Positions 43,666 to 54,269 of a stretch of 64,000 nucleotides of DNA are shown in pieces (the stretch's first letter is position 1; every line of letters begins with the position of its first letter). Source of the stretch: Escherichia phage NiC89; the sequence record LC620505.1; one strand, given 5' to 3'. The notes below the pieces were generated by a model that was given only the letters and a program-made list of their open reading frames with translations, searched no databases and was not told where the DNA came from. The position numbers and the translations under genes are program-made.

Positions 43666-45843
43666 TTAGGCCGCAAGGGCCTTCATAGTTTTAGCGATTT
43701 GGGAAACTTCATCATCACTCAAAGAGTTACGATAACCGATGAAGTCGGAAACAATACGGAATTTCTTGGTAAACTCGGCAACCATTTTATCACTATTTTT
43801 TGAAGCATTACGTGATAATTCATCAAAGAGATTAGTTACTGTCCAGATATCATGACCGATGGTATCTTTTCCACCATTGAAATACACACCGCGTAATGAA
43901 CTAACCATATTACCAAGTCGTGTATATTCTTCAGAAACTTCATCTGTACTGAAGTACTTCATCATAAAATCTAGTTCAGGATACTTGATAATTTTATCAA
44001 TATATCGTTGAGCTGAACTTGAATAACCTACATACTTATCATAATCTACATCATCAAAAGCATCTACATATAAATCACGCAAAGCTTCAAAAATACATTG
44101 GCACTGACCGAGTTCTTTTACCTTTTTCTGTAAAAGCGGACGAATAACATAAAATTCATTAATGCCAATAAGATTAGCCATACGAATCAAAATATTCATA
44201 GATGGATGACAAAGTGATGTAGTACCATCCATAGAGAAAATATCAGAACGATGCATATACGCTACATAACCAGTAATTTCATCTGCTTCTGACGTAAGTG
44301 TAAATAGTTCCTCTTTTTCCCATCGTCCATCTTTAATTTCAAATTTAAATGCTGTAGCAGCTTTAGGACGAGGAGCTTTACTTTTAACTACCTTTGGAAT
44401 ATAGCTTTTAACTAAAGCTTCAATTTCTGACAAATAATGAATGTTAACTTCATCACTTTCAAACATTGCCATAATATCAGGTAGTAAATCAATCTGCGAT
44501 TCTACTTCCGGATTAATAAACAGAAGACGCTCATTGTGATGAATATTTAAAGTGTTATTAAATTCACTATCATCTAACGCATGCGCTAATCCACGGACAA
44601 TATTAACACGATTTTTAATATTATCAATAACGATATTAATTTTTGTTGTATTAATACCAAACAGACGATAACTTGATGCAACGGCTGAAGTTTCATGGCT
44701 TTGCTTAATGCGTTTCAGTCGAGGGTCAAGATTTACTTCATACACAACTCCTGCATTGCATAACTTACTGTCAGGTTCAAACATGCTCTGCATCTTCTTA
44801 TATGACAGATTTTTAGTCGTGAATTTGACTGAATTACTAATCATATAATCTCGAGCAGAATACCCCATCTTCATCAATTCACGATATGTATGACGAGGAG
44901 ATGTAGATTCTTTAAATCGTTTTACATCTTCATTAAATGCTTTCTCACTGAGTTCTTTAACTCGTTCAATAATATTTTTACGAGTGCGATCATCTAATGA
45001 AAGAGCTTCGCGTGATGGAGCAATATCAAGTGAACCCATTGGAAACTTAATGTAATTCACTTCATTGCGAATGCTTAGCCAGTTACGCTCTCTAATAACG
45101 CCATCGATAGGATAAACAATACCGCCATAGATAGCATATAATCCACCACGATCAGGCCAGTATCTTTCTGGATTTACACCGTAATAGTCATCAAAATCCG
45201 GAAAATAATCAATTTCACGGTCAAGACCATTAATAATAGCTAAATCTTTGAACGGTCGCATGATATAAGAAACTTCATAAGCAAAGTTGCTAAAATCTTT
45301 TTCTTCAACTGGAACTACAATTTCAATACCAGTTTTATCATCTGGACCCATTTCTTTCACGAATGTAGGTTTAATTTGTGGACCATCGCCATCCATGTAA
45401 GCTACATAACCACGAATTTCACCTTTATGATACGAAGTAATACTAAATGTATCAGTATAACTAAACGGAGATTTAGAACCTAAACCAAATCCGCCAATGA
45501 AATCGTTAGATTCAGCCTTAGATGAACTGAAGTATGAATTATACAAACCAGGAGAATTATCATCACCCTGAATATCAAAATCACTCATACCCGGACCAAA
45601 ATCTCGGCAAACAAATCGTGGATCTAAACGTCCAGGAACTTGAATGATAAATTTTTCAGGATTTCCATTGAGAGCATGGGCATCAATCATGTTGGTAATC
45701 AATTCACGAACAACTGCGCGAATTTTGTTTGTATACAAATCAGATGACAGAATTTTAAATACTTTAGGAGATGCTGTGATGCTAAATGCTTTTGATTTAG
45801 AACCATTACCAAGAATTGTTTCTTTTTCAGTGGTGATAATCAT
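43666..45843 (-). CDS. rIIA: rIIA protein
   Basis: 725 aa, [32 protein letters not shown]... Confidence 0.92.
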   Translation of the reverse strand: MIITTEKETILGNGSKSKAFSITASPKVFKILSSDLYTNKIRAVVRELITNMIDAHALNGNPEKFIIQVPGRLDPRFVCRDFGPGMSDFDIQGDDNSPGLYNSYFSSSKAESNDFIGGFGLGSKSPFSYTDTFSITSYHKGEIRGYVAYMDGDGPQIKPTFVKEMGPDDKTGIEIVVPVEEKDFSNFAYEVSYIMRPFKDLAIINGLDREIDYFPDFDDYYGVNPERYWPDRGGLYAIYGGIVYPIDGVIRERNWLSIRNEVNYIKFPMGSLDIAPSREALSLDDRTRKNIIERVKELSEKAFNEDVKRFKESTSPRHTYRELMKMGYSARDYMISNSVKFTTKNLSYKKMQSMFEPDSKLCNAGVVYEVNLDPRLKRIKQSHETSAVASSYRLFGINTTKINIVIDNIKNRVNIVRGLAHALDDSEFNNTLNIHHNERLLFINPEVESQIDLLPDIMAMFESDEVNIHYLSEIEALVKSYIPKVVKSKAPRPKAATAFKFEIKDGRWEKEELFTLTSEADEITGYVAYMHRSDIFSMDGTTSLCHPSMNILIRMANLIGINEFYVIRPLLQKKVKELGQCQCIFEALRDLYVDAFDDVDYDKYVGYSSSAQRYIDKIIKYPELDFMMKYFSTDEVSEEYTRLGNMVSSLRGVYFNGGKDTIGHDIWTVTNLFDELSRNASKNSDKMVAEFTKKFRIVSDFIGYRNSLSDDEVSQIAKTMKALAA

Positions 45844-45853
45844 AATTTCCTCA

Positions 45854-46056
45854 TTAATTCATATTACGCTTAATAACTTCAGCAACTTCTAGTAGTTCAT
45901 CTTTAGTTGCAGTGTCGGATTGAATTTTATCTCTAATATCCTTAAAGCGGTTTTAAACTCTTCGGCTTCTCCCATATCGAAAAAGCGTTGGATGATTCTA
46001 TATTCTCGATGAACTGCTTTATCAAAAAGTTCTAAATTTACTTTATATGATTTCAT
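45854..46056 (-). CDS. small ORF between rIIA and 39, apparently split across two frames
   Basis: ATG 46056 with SD GAGGA opens a 55-codon frame ending 45889; a second frame without a start codon (..[16 protein letters not shown]) ends at 45854 just before the rIIA SD; the frames would join if the A4 run at 45951-45954 were A5. Confidence 0.35.
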
Positions 46057-46080
46057 TTCAATATCCTCATTTGCCCAATT

Positions 46081-46111
46081 AATTATACCACATCCTTGTG
46101 GTAAAGTAAAC
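46081..46111 (-). promoter_or_regulatory. early-promoter-like element downstream of gene 39
   Basis: GTTTAC 46106-46111, 18 nt, TATAAT. Confidence 0.5.
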
Positions 46112-47928
46112 TACTGGCTCATCCATTCTTTACGAAGGTCAGCGTTATCTCCCATGAGCATTTCAAAAAGCTCTTTCCAGTTCTCAGGAAGTTTAACAAC
46201 ATCATATACTGGGTTTTGAATCATCTCACGATATTCAGATTTTTCCAAAGAGCCAAGTCCCTTAATATAACGGATGCTATGTTTAGGTAGAGCATCTTTG
46301 GCACTCTCATATTCAGCGACTGTATAAAACCATTCTTGTTTTTTACCGACCTGAGCGATGATTACAGGAGTTTTGACGAAACGAATTCTTCCTTGTTCAA
46401 ACAGTTCTGGCCAATTACTAAAAAATCCGAGCAGAGAAGGATAAATGCTTCCTAAACCATCATGGTCAGCATCGGTCATAATAGCAATATTATGATAATT
46501 CAAGTTTTCAGCTTTTTCACCAAGAACTAATCCAGTGATTGCGCAAATATCAAATAGTTCTTTGTTTTTAAGCATATCTGCATATGACATACCCCAACTG
46601 TTGAGAACTTTACCACGCAATGGATAACCACCGTGAAGTTCTTTATCACGAACATCAATAAGATATCCGATAGCCGAATCACCCTCAGTCAAGAAAAGAG
46701 TAGTGTCAGCATCTTTACCGCAAAGATTCGCTTTGATATGTTTATGAACCTTAGCTTTAGAAGCCTTTTTAGCTGCTTTAGTTTCTGCTGCTTTTTCTGC
46801 TGCTAATTTACGTGCTAAAGCAGCTTCAATAATCGGCATTAAAATTGCTTCATTATTTAGAATAGCGCGTGAAATCTTTTTAGCATCAAGTTGAATATGA
46901 CTACGAATTTCACCAAAAGGAGAAGTAAGTCGTTCTTTAGTTTGAGAATCAAATCGCATGTTTTTCATATCACGGACAAACATAACGATAGTCAAACATT
47001 CTTTGACACGCGCTTTAGTTACATCAATTTTGAACTTACGTTTGATTTGTGGAATAAGGTCTTCACAAATATCATCCATAACACAGTCAATGTGATGGCC
47101 ACCATTCTTAGTGTGAATGTTATTCACATAAGTTAATTGACGAAAACCATCAGGTGAACGACCAACCGCAATAGAACAATTTTCTTGTTCTTGAACAATA
47201 GCATGTTCATCATACTGCCGTGCATATTTCTTAAAATTGCCCTGAACCTTTTTACCATTAAAAGTAAATTGAATATCAGGATAAACAACAGCAAGTGTCT
47301 GAAGACGATCTAGTGTAATGTCAAGATAAACTTGGGACAGCTCATTAGTTTCAAATGACATAAAATCAGGAATGAAAGTAACACGAGTTCCTTTCCATTT
47401 TCCTGGAATAGTTTCCCATGATTTATTTTCCATGCCATTTGAACAACGAACTACAATATTATTTTGACCATCGCCAGTTTCACCGACAAACATCACAGAA
47501 AAAATGTTAGTTAAACTAGAACCAACACCATTCATACCACCGGTGACACGTTCTTTATCATCACCAAAGTTACCACCTGCTTTTGGAATAGTCCACGCAG
47601 CAACAGGACCAGGAATTTCTTCACCAGTAGGTGTTTTAACCATCGCTTGTGGAATACCGCGACCGTTATCTTCAACTGTCACCTGATTATTTTTAATGGT
47701 AACATTAATTTTATTTGCGAACTTAAATTTAGTACGAATACCTTCATCGACTGAGTTATCGATAATTTCATCAATAAGCTTAACAAGACCAGGTACATAC
47801 TGAACACTTTCCCATTTACCAAACAGAAAGCGCTCATGCATTTCATTAGCAGAAGAGCCAATGTACATGCCACTACGCTTTTTGATATGTTCAATATCGC
47901 TCAGAATTTTAATTTCATTCTTAATCAT
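46111..47928 (-). CDS. 39: DNA topoisomerase II large subunit gp39 (unsplit)
   Basis: 605 aa from ATG 47928 (track start 47931 is GTG); GyrB-like ATPase N-terminus; no gene 60 split. Confidence 0.92.
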   Translation of the reverse strand: MIKNEIKILSDIEHIKKRSGMYIGSSANEMHERFLFGKWESVQYVPGLVKLIDEIIDNSVDEGIRTKFKFANKINVTIKNNQVTVEDNGRGIPQAMVKTPTGEEIPGPVAAWTIPKAGGNFGDDKERVTGGMNGVGSSLTNIFSVMFVGETGDGQNNIVVRCSNGMENKSWETIPGKWKGTRVTFIPDFMSFETNELSQVYLDITLDRLQTLAVVYPDIQFTFNGKKVQGNFKKYARQYDEHAIVQEQENCSIAVGRSPDGFRQLTYVNNIHTKNGGHHIDCVMDDICEDLIPQIKRKFKIDVTKARVKECLTIVMFVRDMKNMRFDSQTKERLTSPFGEIRSHIQLDAKKISRAILNNEAILMPIIEAALARKLAAEKAAETKAAKKASKAKVHKHIKANLCGKDADTTLFLTEGDSAIGYLIDVRDKELHGGYPLRGKVLNSWGMSYADMLKNKELFDICAITGLVLGEKAENLNYHNIAIMTDADHDGLGSIYPSLLGFFSNWPELFEQGRIRFVKTPVIIAQVGKKQEWFYTVAEYESAKDALPKHSIRYIKGLGSLEKSEYREMIQNPVYDVVKLPENWKELFEMLMGDNADLRKEWMSQ

Positions 47929-47980
47929 CACTTATCCTCGTTTGGTTTCGGGAATATTATACTCCGGTAATCATAAAGCT

Positions 47981-47998
47981 AAAGGCCCGAAGGCCTTT
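47981..47998 (-). promoter_or_regulatory. intercistronic UUCG-tetraloop hairpin
   Basis: AAAGGCC-UUCG-GGCCUUU on minus strand after the lipoprotein gene stop. Confidence 0.4.
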
Positions 47999-48267
47999 TA
48001 TTTAAAACGAATAGTTGAATCCTTAAAGAACAGCCCAGAACATACTGTTCCTTCTACTTTCTGCCCGGTAGGTCCAATAGCACGAAATCCAGTATGTTGG
48101 AAATCATTTTCAGAGCAACCGAACCAGTTATATCCAGTGATTTCAATATTCGTAAAACCACTTGATGATAAAATTTTAGTTGCATTATCAGCATCAGTAC
48201 ATCCTACTAAAGATACTGCTAATACTAATGCTGCGATAGAACGATTAACATATTTCATAATTTTCAC
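47998..48267 (-). CDS. putative lipoprotein (89 aa)
   Basis: Signal peptide with lipobox SLVGCT. Confidence 0.55.
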   Translation of the reverse strand: MKIMKYVNRSIAALVLAVSLVGCTDADNATKILSSSGFTNIEITGYNWFGCSENDFQHTGFRAIGPTGQKVEGTVCSGLFFKDSTIRFK

Positions 48268-48635
48268 TTAAATTTAATGGCTTGAAGGAGACTAATAATT
48301 CTCAAACGGCTTCTTTCATCTTTAACTGTAAAAGAAAGAGGGTCACCAGATTTCATAGTAATAGTGCATTCAAAATCAAAATCTTCTGTGACTTCTTCGA
48401 AGAAGTCAAATTCTTCATCATAAATTAGAACACTACTTTGCATACTATGAAGAGTTTTTCCATCATTTCCAGTTGCTGTACCAATCATCGTAACATTACG
48501 ACCTTTCATATCTTCAACGATAAATTCGCTTGTCGATATTACAACATTAATAGAACTATTTCTATGAATAGCAGAAAATAGAAATTTCTTTTCTTCGCCT
48601 TCGCGAATACGATACTTCTTACCAATTTTAAACAT
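48264..48635 (-). CDS. hypothetical protein (123 aa)
   Basis: ORF track. Confidence 0.5.
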   Translation of the reverse strand: MFKIGKKYRIREGEEKKFLFSAIHRNSSINVVISTSEFIVEDMKGRNVTMIGTATGNDGKTLHSMQSSVLIYDEEFDFFEEVTEDFDFECTITMKSGDPLSFTVKDERSRLRIISLLQAIKFK

Positions 48636-48637
48636 AA

Positions 48638-48814
48638 TTACCCTTTAAGTAAGTCGTAAAATCCACCATTCACATGCTTAGGAGCAGAAGGCCGACGAGT
48701 AGACAAACGATGACATTTAGGACAAACATCATTTTCTCGTTCAGAAATCTTTTTAATTTTTTCATATTCATGCCCGCAATCTTCGGATTGGCATTTATAA
48801 TCATACATTGGCAT
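48638..48814 (-). CDS. FmdB-like zinc-ribbon small protein (58 aa)
   Basis: Own translation MPMYDYKCQSEDCGHEYEKIKKISERENDVCPKCHRL...; CxxC x17 CxxC; SD AAGGA. Confidence 0.5.
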   Translation of the reverse strand: MPMYDYKCQSEDCGHEYEKIKKISERENDVCPKCHRLSTRRPSAPKHVNGGFYDLLKG

Positions 48815-48816
48815 AA

Positions 48817-49242
48817 TTATTCCTTAAAATGTGCTTTCAGCATCTGATACAAAGACCATGCCTGTTCATTATTTTCAATAGTAACTTTCATGACCGGGAA
48901 TTCTGTGAAATCTTCTATTTGTTCTTGCTCTTTCTCTTCCTGCTCTTGCTCTTCGGCTGCCTGGTATGGATTTTCCACTTCATCAAAGAACGCAGCTTCG
49001 CTCGTTGAAAGCCAGATAAAATCTTCATCCAAAATATCTTTACCAGAAGATAACGCCAATTTTCCACTAGATGTCACAATTTTAGTAGGACGACCAAGAT
49101 AGTCAATATCTGTAACTCTAAAAGGTTCCATACCAAGACGACGTGCATAAATTCCATTTTCAGTATGGTCCTTGATAAAATTTTCTTGAGCTTGTTTATT
49201 TTTAAATTGATACCATTTATTAACTTCAAATTTAGTAGCCAT
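48817..49242 (-). CDS. goF: GoF-like protein
   Basis: 141 aa; size and position between 39 and cef match T4 goF. Confidence 0.5.
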   Translation of the reverse strand: MATKFEVNKWYQFKNKQAQENFIKDHTENGIYARRLGMEPFRVTDIDYLGRPTKIVTSSGKLALSSGKDILDEDFIWLSTSEAAFFDEVENPYQAAEEQEQEEKEQEQIEDFTEFPVMKVTIENNEQAWSLYQMLKAHFKE

Positions 49243-49457
49243 TAATAAGTTTCCTTCCAGTAAGTTGTGCCATCTTCAGTAATTTCACGGAATACACCAT
49301 AAATCGGTTGTTTATCACCGACTTTCTCATACACATAAACCGAAGTCAAGTGAGTAAACTTAACGGTATGTTCCTTTTGAACCACTACCAAATCTGGATC
49401 AAATAATACATCTTCAAATTCGTCATTAGTGCAATTCTGAACAATTTTACGTTTCAT
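49242..49457 (-). CDS. cef: Cef-like protein
   Basis: 71 aa; size and position match T4 cef. Confidence 0.5.
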   Translation of the reverse strand: MKRKIVQNCTNDEFEDVLFDPDLVVVQKEHTVKFTHLTSVYVYEKVGDKQPIYGVFREITEDGTTYWKETY

Positions 49458-49470
49458 TACAATTTCCTCA

Positions 49471-49752
49471 TTAATTGAACAGTGGAGCGATGCGTTTCAG
49501 AAGAATAGCAGCACCTTTAGCGAATTTTACATCATGAAAAACAGTTTCTTCTTCCGTTACAACACGAGCTTTAATGTTTTCACAATCCCAATTTTTGCGA
49601 ACAATCTTCAAAAGCTGCAGTAAATCTTTACATTCAGCAATATCGATAACACATCCACGAGAATCTTCCATTATCGCACGATAACCGTAAGCCATACCAT
49701 AATCGTTGAAAGATTGCTCGATGATAATTAAGTTTTCCATTTTATTCTCCAA
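49471..49752 (-). CDS. hypothetical protein (93 aa)
   Basis: ORF track. Confidence 0.5.
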   Translation of the reverse strand: MENKMENLIIIEQSFNDYGMAYGYRAIMEDSRGCVIDIAECKDLLQLLKIVRKNWDCENIKARVVTEEETVFHDVKFAKGAAILLKRIAPLFN

Positions 49753-49837
49753 GTTATTTTCTGTATCAGTAGTTGATATTGATATAGTACCATAATCAAC
49801 TACTGATGTATATAGTTTTATGAAAAAATTTTAAACT

Positions 49838-50335
49838 TTATGCATAGCGAGCTTTGCTATAGTGTTTAATCCAACTTTCAGGAATGACTTTGTATGTTCC
49901 TAAAAATACCGCGTTGTACAGCTTAACACCGTCTTCTACCCACTGATCGGTAATGTATGCGCACATAGCACGAGTACGGTGTTTTTGAACAACCCCTTCC
50001 TCATCTTCAGTAAATTCGAATTCATAAGGAGCAACGAACTTAATAGCTTGACCGAGTTTCCACTTAAAGTCTACGCCTACATGCGAAGTATCAATCGTTT
50101 CAATTCCTTTAGCAGGAACAGCTTTCAAAAACGCAGATTCAAGAAATTTCGCACGAACATAGCCAAACTGAGGTTTAGACTTTCCATCTTTAGGAATGAT
50201 ACGCACTTTTACTTCAGAATCTTCATCTTTAACACCGTGTTTAAGCTGAATGCTTACAATTTCAACCAATTTTCCTGCTGCTTTAGAACGGGATTTATCA
50301 GATACACGAGCAATTTCACCAATATTAATAATCAT
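49838..50335 (-). CDS. motB: MotB-like DNA-binding protein
   Basis: 165 aa; size and position match T4 motB. Confidence 0.55.
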   Translation of the reverse strand: MIINIGEIARVSDKSRSKAAGKLVEIVSIQLKHGVKDEDSEVKVRIIPKDGKSKPQFGYVRAKFLESAFLKAVPAKGIETIDTSHVGVDFKWKLGQAIKFVAPYEFEFTEDEEGVVQKHRTRAMCAYITDQWVEDGVKLYNAVFLGTYKVIPESWIKHYSKARYA

Positions 50336-50411
50336 AGTTATCTCTCACTTGTTAAAAAGATTTTATACTCCACGGGACCAGAGTATAACGGTCCCAAGAG
50401 TTTGTAAACTA

Positions 50412-50954
50412 TTAATTTAAAATAGCTACCACCGCACTACGAGGTACTACACTAAAATCACCTGCATGAACAACGTTCAGAAGTTCAACACCATCTTCAA
50501 TCCACTGGTCTGTTACCCAACCACAAACCGAAATAAATGGGGTCTTGATAGCTACCGCACGAGTTAAAAGGTCAGTAGGATCGCATTCTTGAAAAAGGAT
50601 GAGCTCTGCTTCAAAAACTATAGTTTTAATTACTTCATCATTATCTAAACGTTGTACTCGAATCACGTAAGCTTTATTCTTATCATACCAGTTACTTTTT
50701 GAAAAGCTTTTAACCACAAACTCGCCTTCACCAAAAACATCAGTCAATGCTTTATAACCCAAATTTAGTTCAGTAGTTTTAATTTCAGTTTCAACTAGTT
50801 TGTAGATTTTGCCAATTTCGATGGTCCGAGCAGTCATAAATGTTTCCTTAATTTCTAATGGTTTAACGAGGGTGCCGTACATGCTTGCTATATCCATATC
50901 GAACGGTTTATCTACAGGATTCGGTGTGTATTCAGGATTATAATTAAATTTCAT
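50412..50954 (-). CDS. MotB paralogue (180 aa)
   Basis: Shares N-terminal (IEIGKIYKL vs INIGEIARV) and C-terminal (TDQWIEDGVELLNVV vs TDQWVEDGVKLYNAV) blocks with the adjacent motB-like ORF. Confidence 0.55.
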   Translation of the reverse strand: MKFNYNPEYTPNPVDKPFDMDIASMYGTLVKPLEIKETFMTARTIEIGKIYKLVETEIKTTELNLGYKALTDVFGEGEFVVKSFSKSNWYDKNKAYVIRVQRLDNDEVIKTIVFEAELILFQECDPTDLLTRAVAIKTPFISVCGWVTDQWIEDGVELLNVVHAGDFSVVPRSAVVAILN

Positions 50955-50956
50955 AA

Positions 50957-51469
50957 TTATCTCATTTCAATAAAATCTACAAGTTCAGCATGGGATTTAC
51001 GGAACATTACTTGGTGCCCGCCAATGATAACTTCATCTTCAGGAACTTCATAAATCGCAATGTACATTCCACGATCTTTTAAGTCTTCACGCTCTTCTCG
51101 GGTGAACCATCTCATCATATCATATTCACTAGCGAAAGCAAAATGATATAATGCAATAAGCCACAATGGAATATAATTTTCAAATTGTGAATAATCTTTA
51201 TTCCATTTAGTTTTAATAGCATCATTAGCATTTTCAACTAATAACTTATCATCATGTGGAATAGGAATACTTTCATGGCTTTCATAATTATCGCTATGAT
51301 GGTGAAATGACGATGAATTAATACCGCAAAATTTTAGCCAAGTTCGAGTTTTCATAGAATCAAATCCACGATAAGGAGTTGATTGAACGCATAACTCTTG
51401 CCTAATTTTCACTATACCACTATCATCATTTAATGCGCTAAACGATGATTCAACACGATAAATTTTCAT
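50957..51469 (-). CDS. hypothetical protein (170 aa)
   Basis: ORF track; promoter-like element and SD GAGGATAATAAA upstream. Confidence 0.5.
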   Translation of the reverse strand: MKIYRVESSFSALNDDSGIVKIRQELCVQSTPYRGFDSMKTRTWLKFCGINSSSFHHHSDNYESHESIPIPHDDKLLVENANDAIKTKWNKDYSQFENYIPLWLIALYHFAFASEYDMMRWFTREEREDLKDRGMYIAIYEVPEDEVIIGGHQVMFRKSHAELVDFIEMR

Positions 51470-51494
51470 TTTATTATCCTCAGTAGCTATGGTG

Positions 51495-51526
51495 TTATAA
51501 TACCATAACTAACCGAGGAAGTAAAC
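51495..51526 (-). promoter_or_regulatory. early-promoter-like element
   Basis: GTTTAC 51521-51526, 18 nt, TATTAT. Confidence 0.45.
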
Positions 51527-51532
51527 AACTTT

Positions 51533-52216
51533 TTATCGTTTTGTTGGAAGAGATAGAGGATCACACTCTTCCTCTGACGGAGCATCTTCAAGACCCATAG
51601 CATATCGCAAAGCATACTTCATCATCAGGATGTCTTTCGCACAGTCATGAATAGAATCATGTGCAACGAATCCATCTAAAGTTCCCTTTGGAAGAGGACA
51701 AGTGGTCATATCACGAACGAGCAGAAGTGCTTCAATTCTGGTACGAATATCACGCTGATTCCAGAATTTACATGGTTCTAACTTAAATGTGTCAAGTTCA
51801 TTCTCGGAAACGCCGTTAAGACGCTGAATATCGCGAATGAGATCGACTAAAATTGGAAAATCAAACGACATTCCACGGCACCAGCCTTGAGATTTCCAAG
51901 GATCGATATTATGTGCATTGATGTAATCATTGAATTTTGCAATACCATCAATGGTGCTTACATCTTCATCGGATGGTGCAATATTTTTTCTAGCTTCAGG
52001 CGATTGATTTTTCCACCATTCAATAGTGCTTTTAGTAAAAAGACGGTGTCCTTTTTGGCTTTTTAAGTCAAATTTAATTTTAATGCCACGTGAAACTAGT
52101 TCATCGAATGTTTCAACAACTTCTGGGTTAGGGTCAAAAGCAATTACAGCCAAATCAATAACAGCTGCTTTTTCACCACTTCCCATCGTTTCAAAATCTA
52201 TAATAAAATCAAACAT
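51533..52216 (-). CDS. dexA: exonuclease A (DEDD-type 3'-5' exonuclease)
   Basis: 227 aa, MFDFIIDFETMGSGEKAAVIDLAVIAF... Confidence 0.85.
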   Translation of the reverse strand: MFDFIIDFETMGSGEKAAVIDLAVIAFDPNPEVVETFDELVSRGIKIKFDLKSQKGHRLFTKSTIEWWKNQSPEARKNIAPSDEDVSTIDGIAKFNDYINAHNIDPWKSQGWCRGMSFDFPILVDLIRDIQRLNGVSENELDTFKLEPCKFWNQRDIRTRIEALLLVRDMTTCPLPKGTLDGFVAHDSIHDCAKDILMMKYALRYAMGLEDAPSEEECDPLSLPTKR

Positions 52217-52491
52217 TAAACTTTCCTCGCTAAATCGCGAATTTGACCTACAGTATAATCTTGGATATAAACTTTATTAATAGGCTCATCAATAAATTTT
52301 GCCATAGATTCAATATCTTTTTGTATCTCTTCAAGACTGTATACTATCTTTAAAGCTTTTTCGCGAATAGTAATATTTTCAGGACTAGAATTTTTCTCAA
52401 TGACAGCTTTAACATTTGTCATAAGAGATTTAAACTGATGCAAACTTAATTCAATCATTAATAACCGCCTTATAAAGATGGCTAATTTCAC
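52216..52491 (-). CDS. hypothetical protein (91 aa), member of a tandem paralogue set
   Basis: LEEIQKDI...IQDYTVGQIRDL resembles the neighbouring ORF. Confidence 0.45.
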   Translation of the reverse strand: MKLAIFIRRLLMIELSLHQFKSLMTNVKAVIEKNSSPENITIREKALKIVYSLEEIQKDIESMAKFIDEPINKVYIQDYTVGQIRDLARKV

Positions 52492-52711
52492 CTAAAACAT
52501 AATCACTGATTGTGACAGTTTTCACTTCACCACAAAAGAATTCTAACGCAATCAAATCTCGTTCAATTTCTTCCAATTGAAGCATTAACTTGCCTGATTC
52601 AATTTTCACGTTTTTGCGATTTTTACTATAAGCTATTTCATAAATTTCGCTTACTTTATCTTGAAGCAGATAAAACTGGTCTTTAGTTATTTCCACGAAT
52701 AGCTTCCTCAA
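52451..52711 (-). CDS. hypothetical protein (86 aa), member of a tandem paralogue set
   Basis: LEEIERDL...ISDYVLGEISHL. Confidence 0.45.
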   Translation of the reverse strand: MRKLFVEITKDQFYLLQDKVSEIYEIAYSKNRKNVKIESGKLMLQLEEIERDLIALEFFCGEVKTVTISDYVLGEISHLYKAVIND

Positions 52712-52943
52712 ATTTAATTAGTAATTTACAGACACTTTCATCTAGTGTAATTACCGTATCTGTATTACTATGATATGATTGTTTTTCAATTCGTTTAATT
52801 GCTAATATAGTATCACTTATAAGATAAAGCTTATGAAGGAGCTCAGCTCCTGTTACCATAACATCGAGATTATCTTGCTTATTAGTATGCTTCCTTATAC
52901 CATCTATTAGACGATTTAAATATTTTGAATTGATGTTAATCAT
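52683..52943 (-). CDS. hypothetical protein (86 aa)
   Basis: ORF track. Confidence 0.45.
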   Translation of the reverse strand: MININSKYLNRLIDGIRKHTNKQDNLDVMVTGAELLHKLYLISDTILAIKRIEKQSYHSNTDTVITLDESVCKLLIKFEEAIRGNN

Positions 52944-52949
52944 ATAGCC

Positions 52950-54269
52950 TCACACATAAAACACATCATAACGACCACGTGTTACACCAACATAAAGAAG
53001 TTGTTGAGCTAATTCAGCATCTGCATAATGAATACAAGGCGTATAAATGAAAGCACGGTCTACAGACATACCCTGAGCTTTATGGAATGTTGATGCAGGA
53101 AGTGCTTTCACTTTACTGAACTGTGATTTAGCATCCCAAAAATCACTCCACGGAGCTTTTCCGCCTTTGTTCCAATTTTTATAAGTTTCTGCCGTTTTAC
53201 CTAAAAATAGGTTAAACTTATATAGCTCTTCATCAGATGAAATTATTTTAATCTTTTCACGATAATATTCATCATCGCCGTAAGTTTCTACTGTTAAATC
53301 CCAATGACGAATTAGATATTCTCCAGGAACACCACGAGCTTTAACAAATGTTGATGTATACTCTGCTTCTATAATACGAACTAATTGTCCGTTATTAAAA
53401 ATAATTTCTGACACAGGCTTTCCATCAATTTTATATGTTTTAATTAATGGTTCCTGCATTACAATAATTTCACCGACAATAAAATCTTTATCAGTTTCAA
53501 AAATCTTTTTACGAATAATATTGTTTAACTTATCAACAGATTTATTCGTAAATGCCATTACGCGATTTTCAAACAAATCATCTAGCGATTTGACGATTGA
53601 AAAATAATTTACCATAAAATCGCGTAAAGCGGTATCACCAGTAAATCCACGTACTCCATGCCCGTCAACAACTTTATCATAAATCCACTTACCGTTACGA
53701 ACATCAGTAGCTACATCAATAATAGGAGCATTACTGCGTTTAACTTCAGTAAGTTCACACTGATAAAAATCTTTGTGTGTAAAGAATGGACTGATATAAG
53801 CAGTATTTTCTCCTGGGTCAACAGGTCTAATTTGCTTATTATCGCCTATTCCAATTATAGTACACCAAGGTGGAATAGTTGAAAGCAGAATTTTAAATAG
53901 CTTTCTATCATACATTGACACTTCGTCGCAGATTAATACCCTGCATTTAGCTAAATCTGGTACTTCCTTCTGTTCAAAAAGAACGTTTTCTTCATACGTA
54001 ACTGGGTTAATTTTAAGAATACTGTGAATAGTACTCGCTTCTTTCCCCGACAGTTTTGAAAGAATCTTTTTAGCTGCATGTGTAGGAGCTGCCAAAATGA
54101 TACCAGTTTCGCCCGTAGATATTAAAGCTTCAATGATGAACTTAGTAAGAGTAGTCTTACCAGTACCAGCAGGTCCATTAATAGTTACATGATGTTTCTT
54201 TTCTTTAATAGCCCTCATAACGATGTTAAAGGCATTTTTCTGGCCTTCTGTCAAATCATCAAATGTCAT
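52950..54269 (-). CDS. dda: Dda DNA helicase (SF1B)
   Basis: 439 aa; Walker A GPAGTGKTT; matches T4 Dda. Confidence 0.92.
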   Translation of the reverse strand: MTFDDLTEGQKNAFNIVMRAIKEKKHHVTINGPAGTGKTTLTKFIIEALISTGETGIILAAPTHAAKKILSKLSGKEASTIHSILKINPVTYEENVLFEQKEVPDLAKCRVLICDEVSMYDRKLFKILLSTIPPWCTIIGIGDNKQIRPVDPGENTAYISPFFTHKDFYQCELTEVKRSNAPIIDVATDVRNGKWIYDKVVDGHGVRGFTGDTALRDFMVNYFSIVKSLDDLFENRVMAFTNKSVDKLNNIIRKKIFETDKDFIVGEIIVMQEPLIKTYKIDGKPVSEIIFNNGQLVRIIEAEYTSTFVKARGVPGEYLIRHWDLTVETYGDDEYYREKIKIISSDEELYKFNLFLGKTAETYKNWNKGGKAPWSDFWDAKSQFSKVKALPASTFHKAQGMSVDRAFIYTPCIHYADAELAQQLLYVGVTRGRYDVFYV

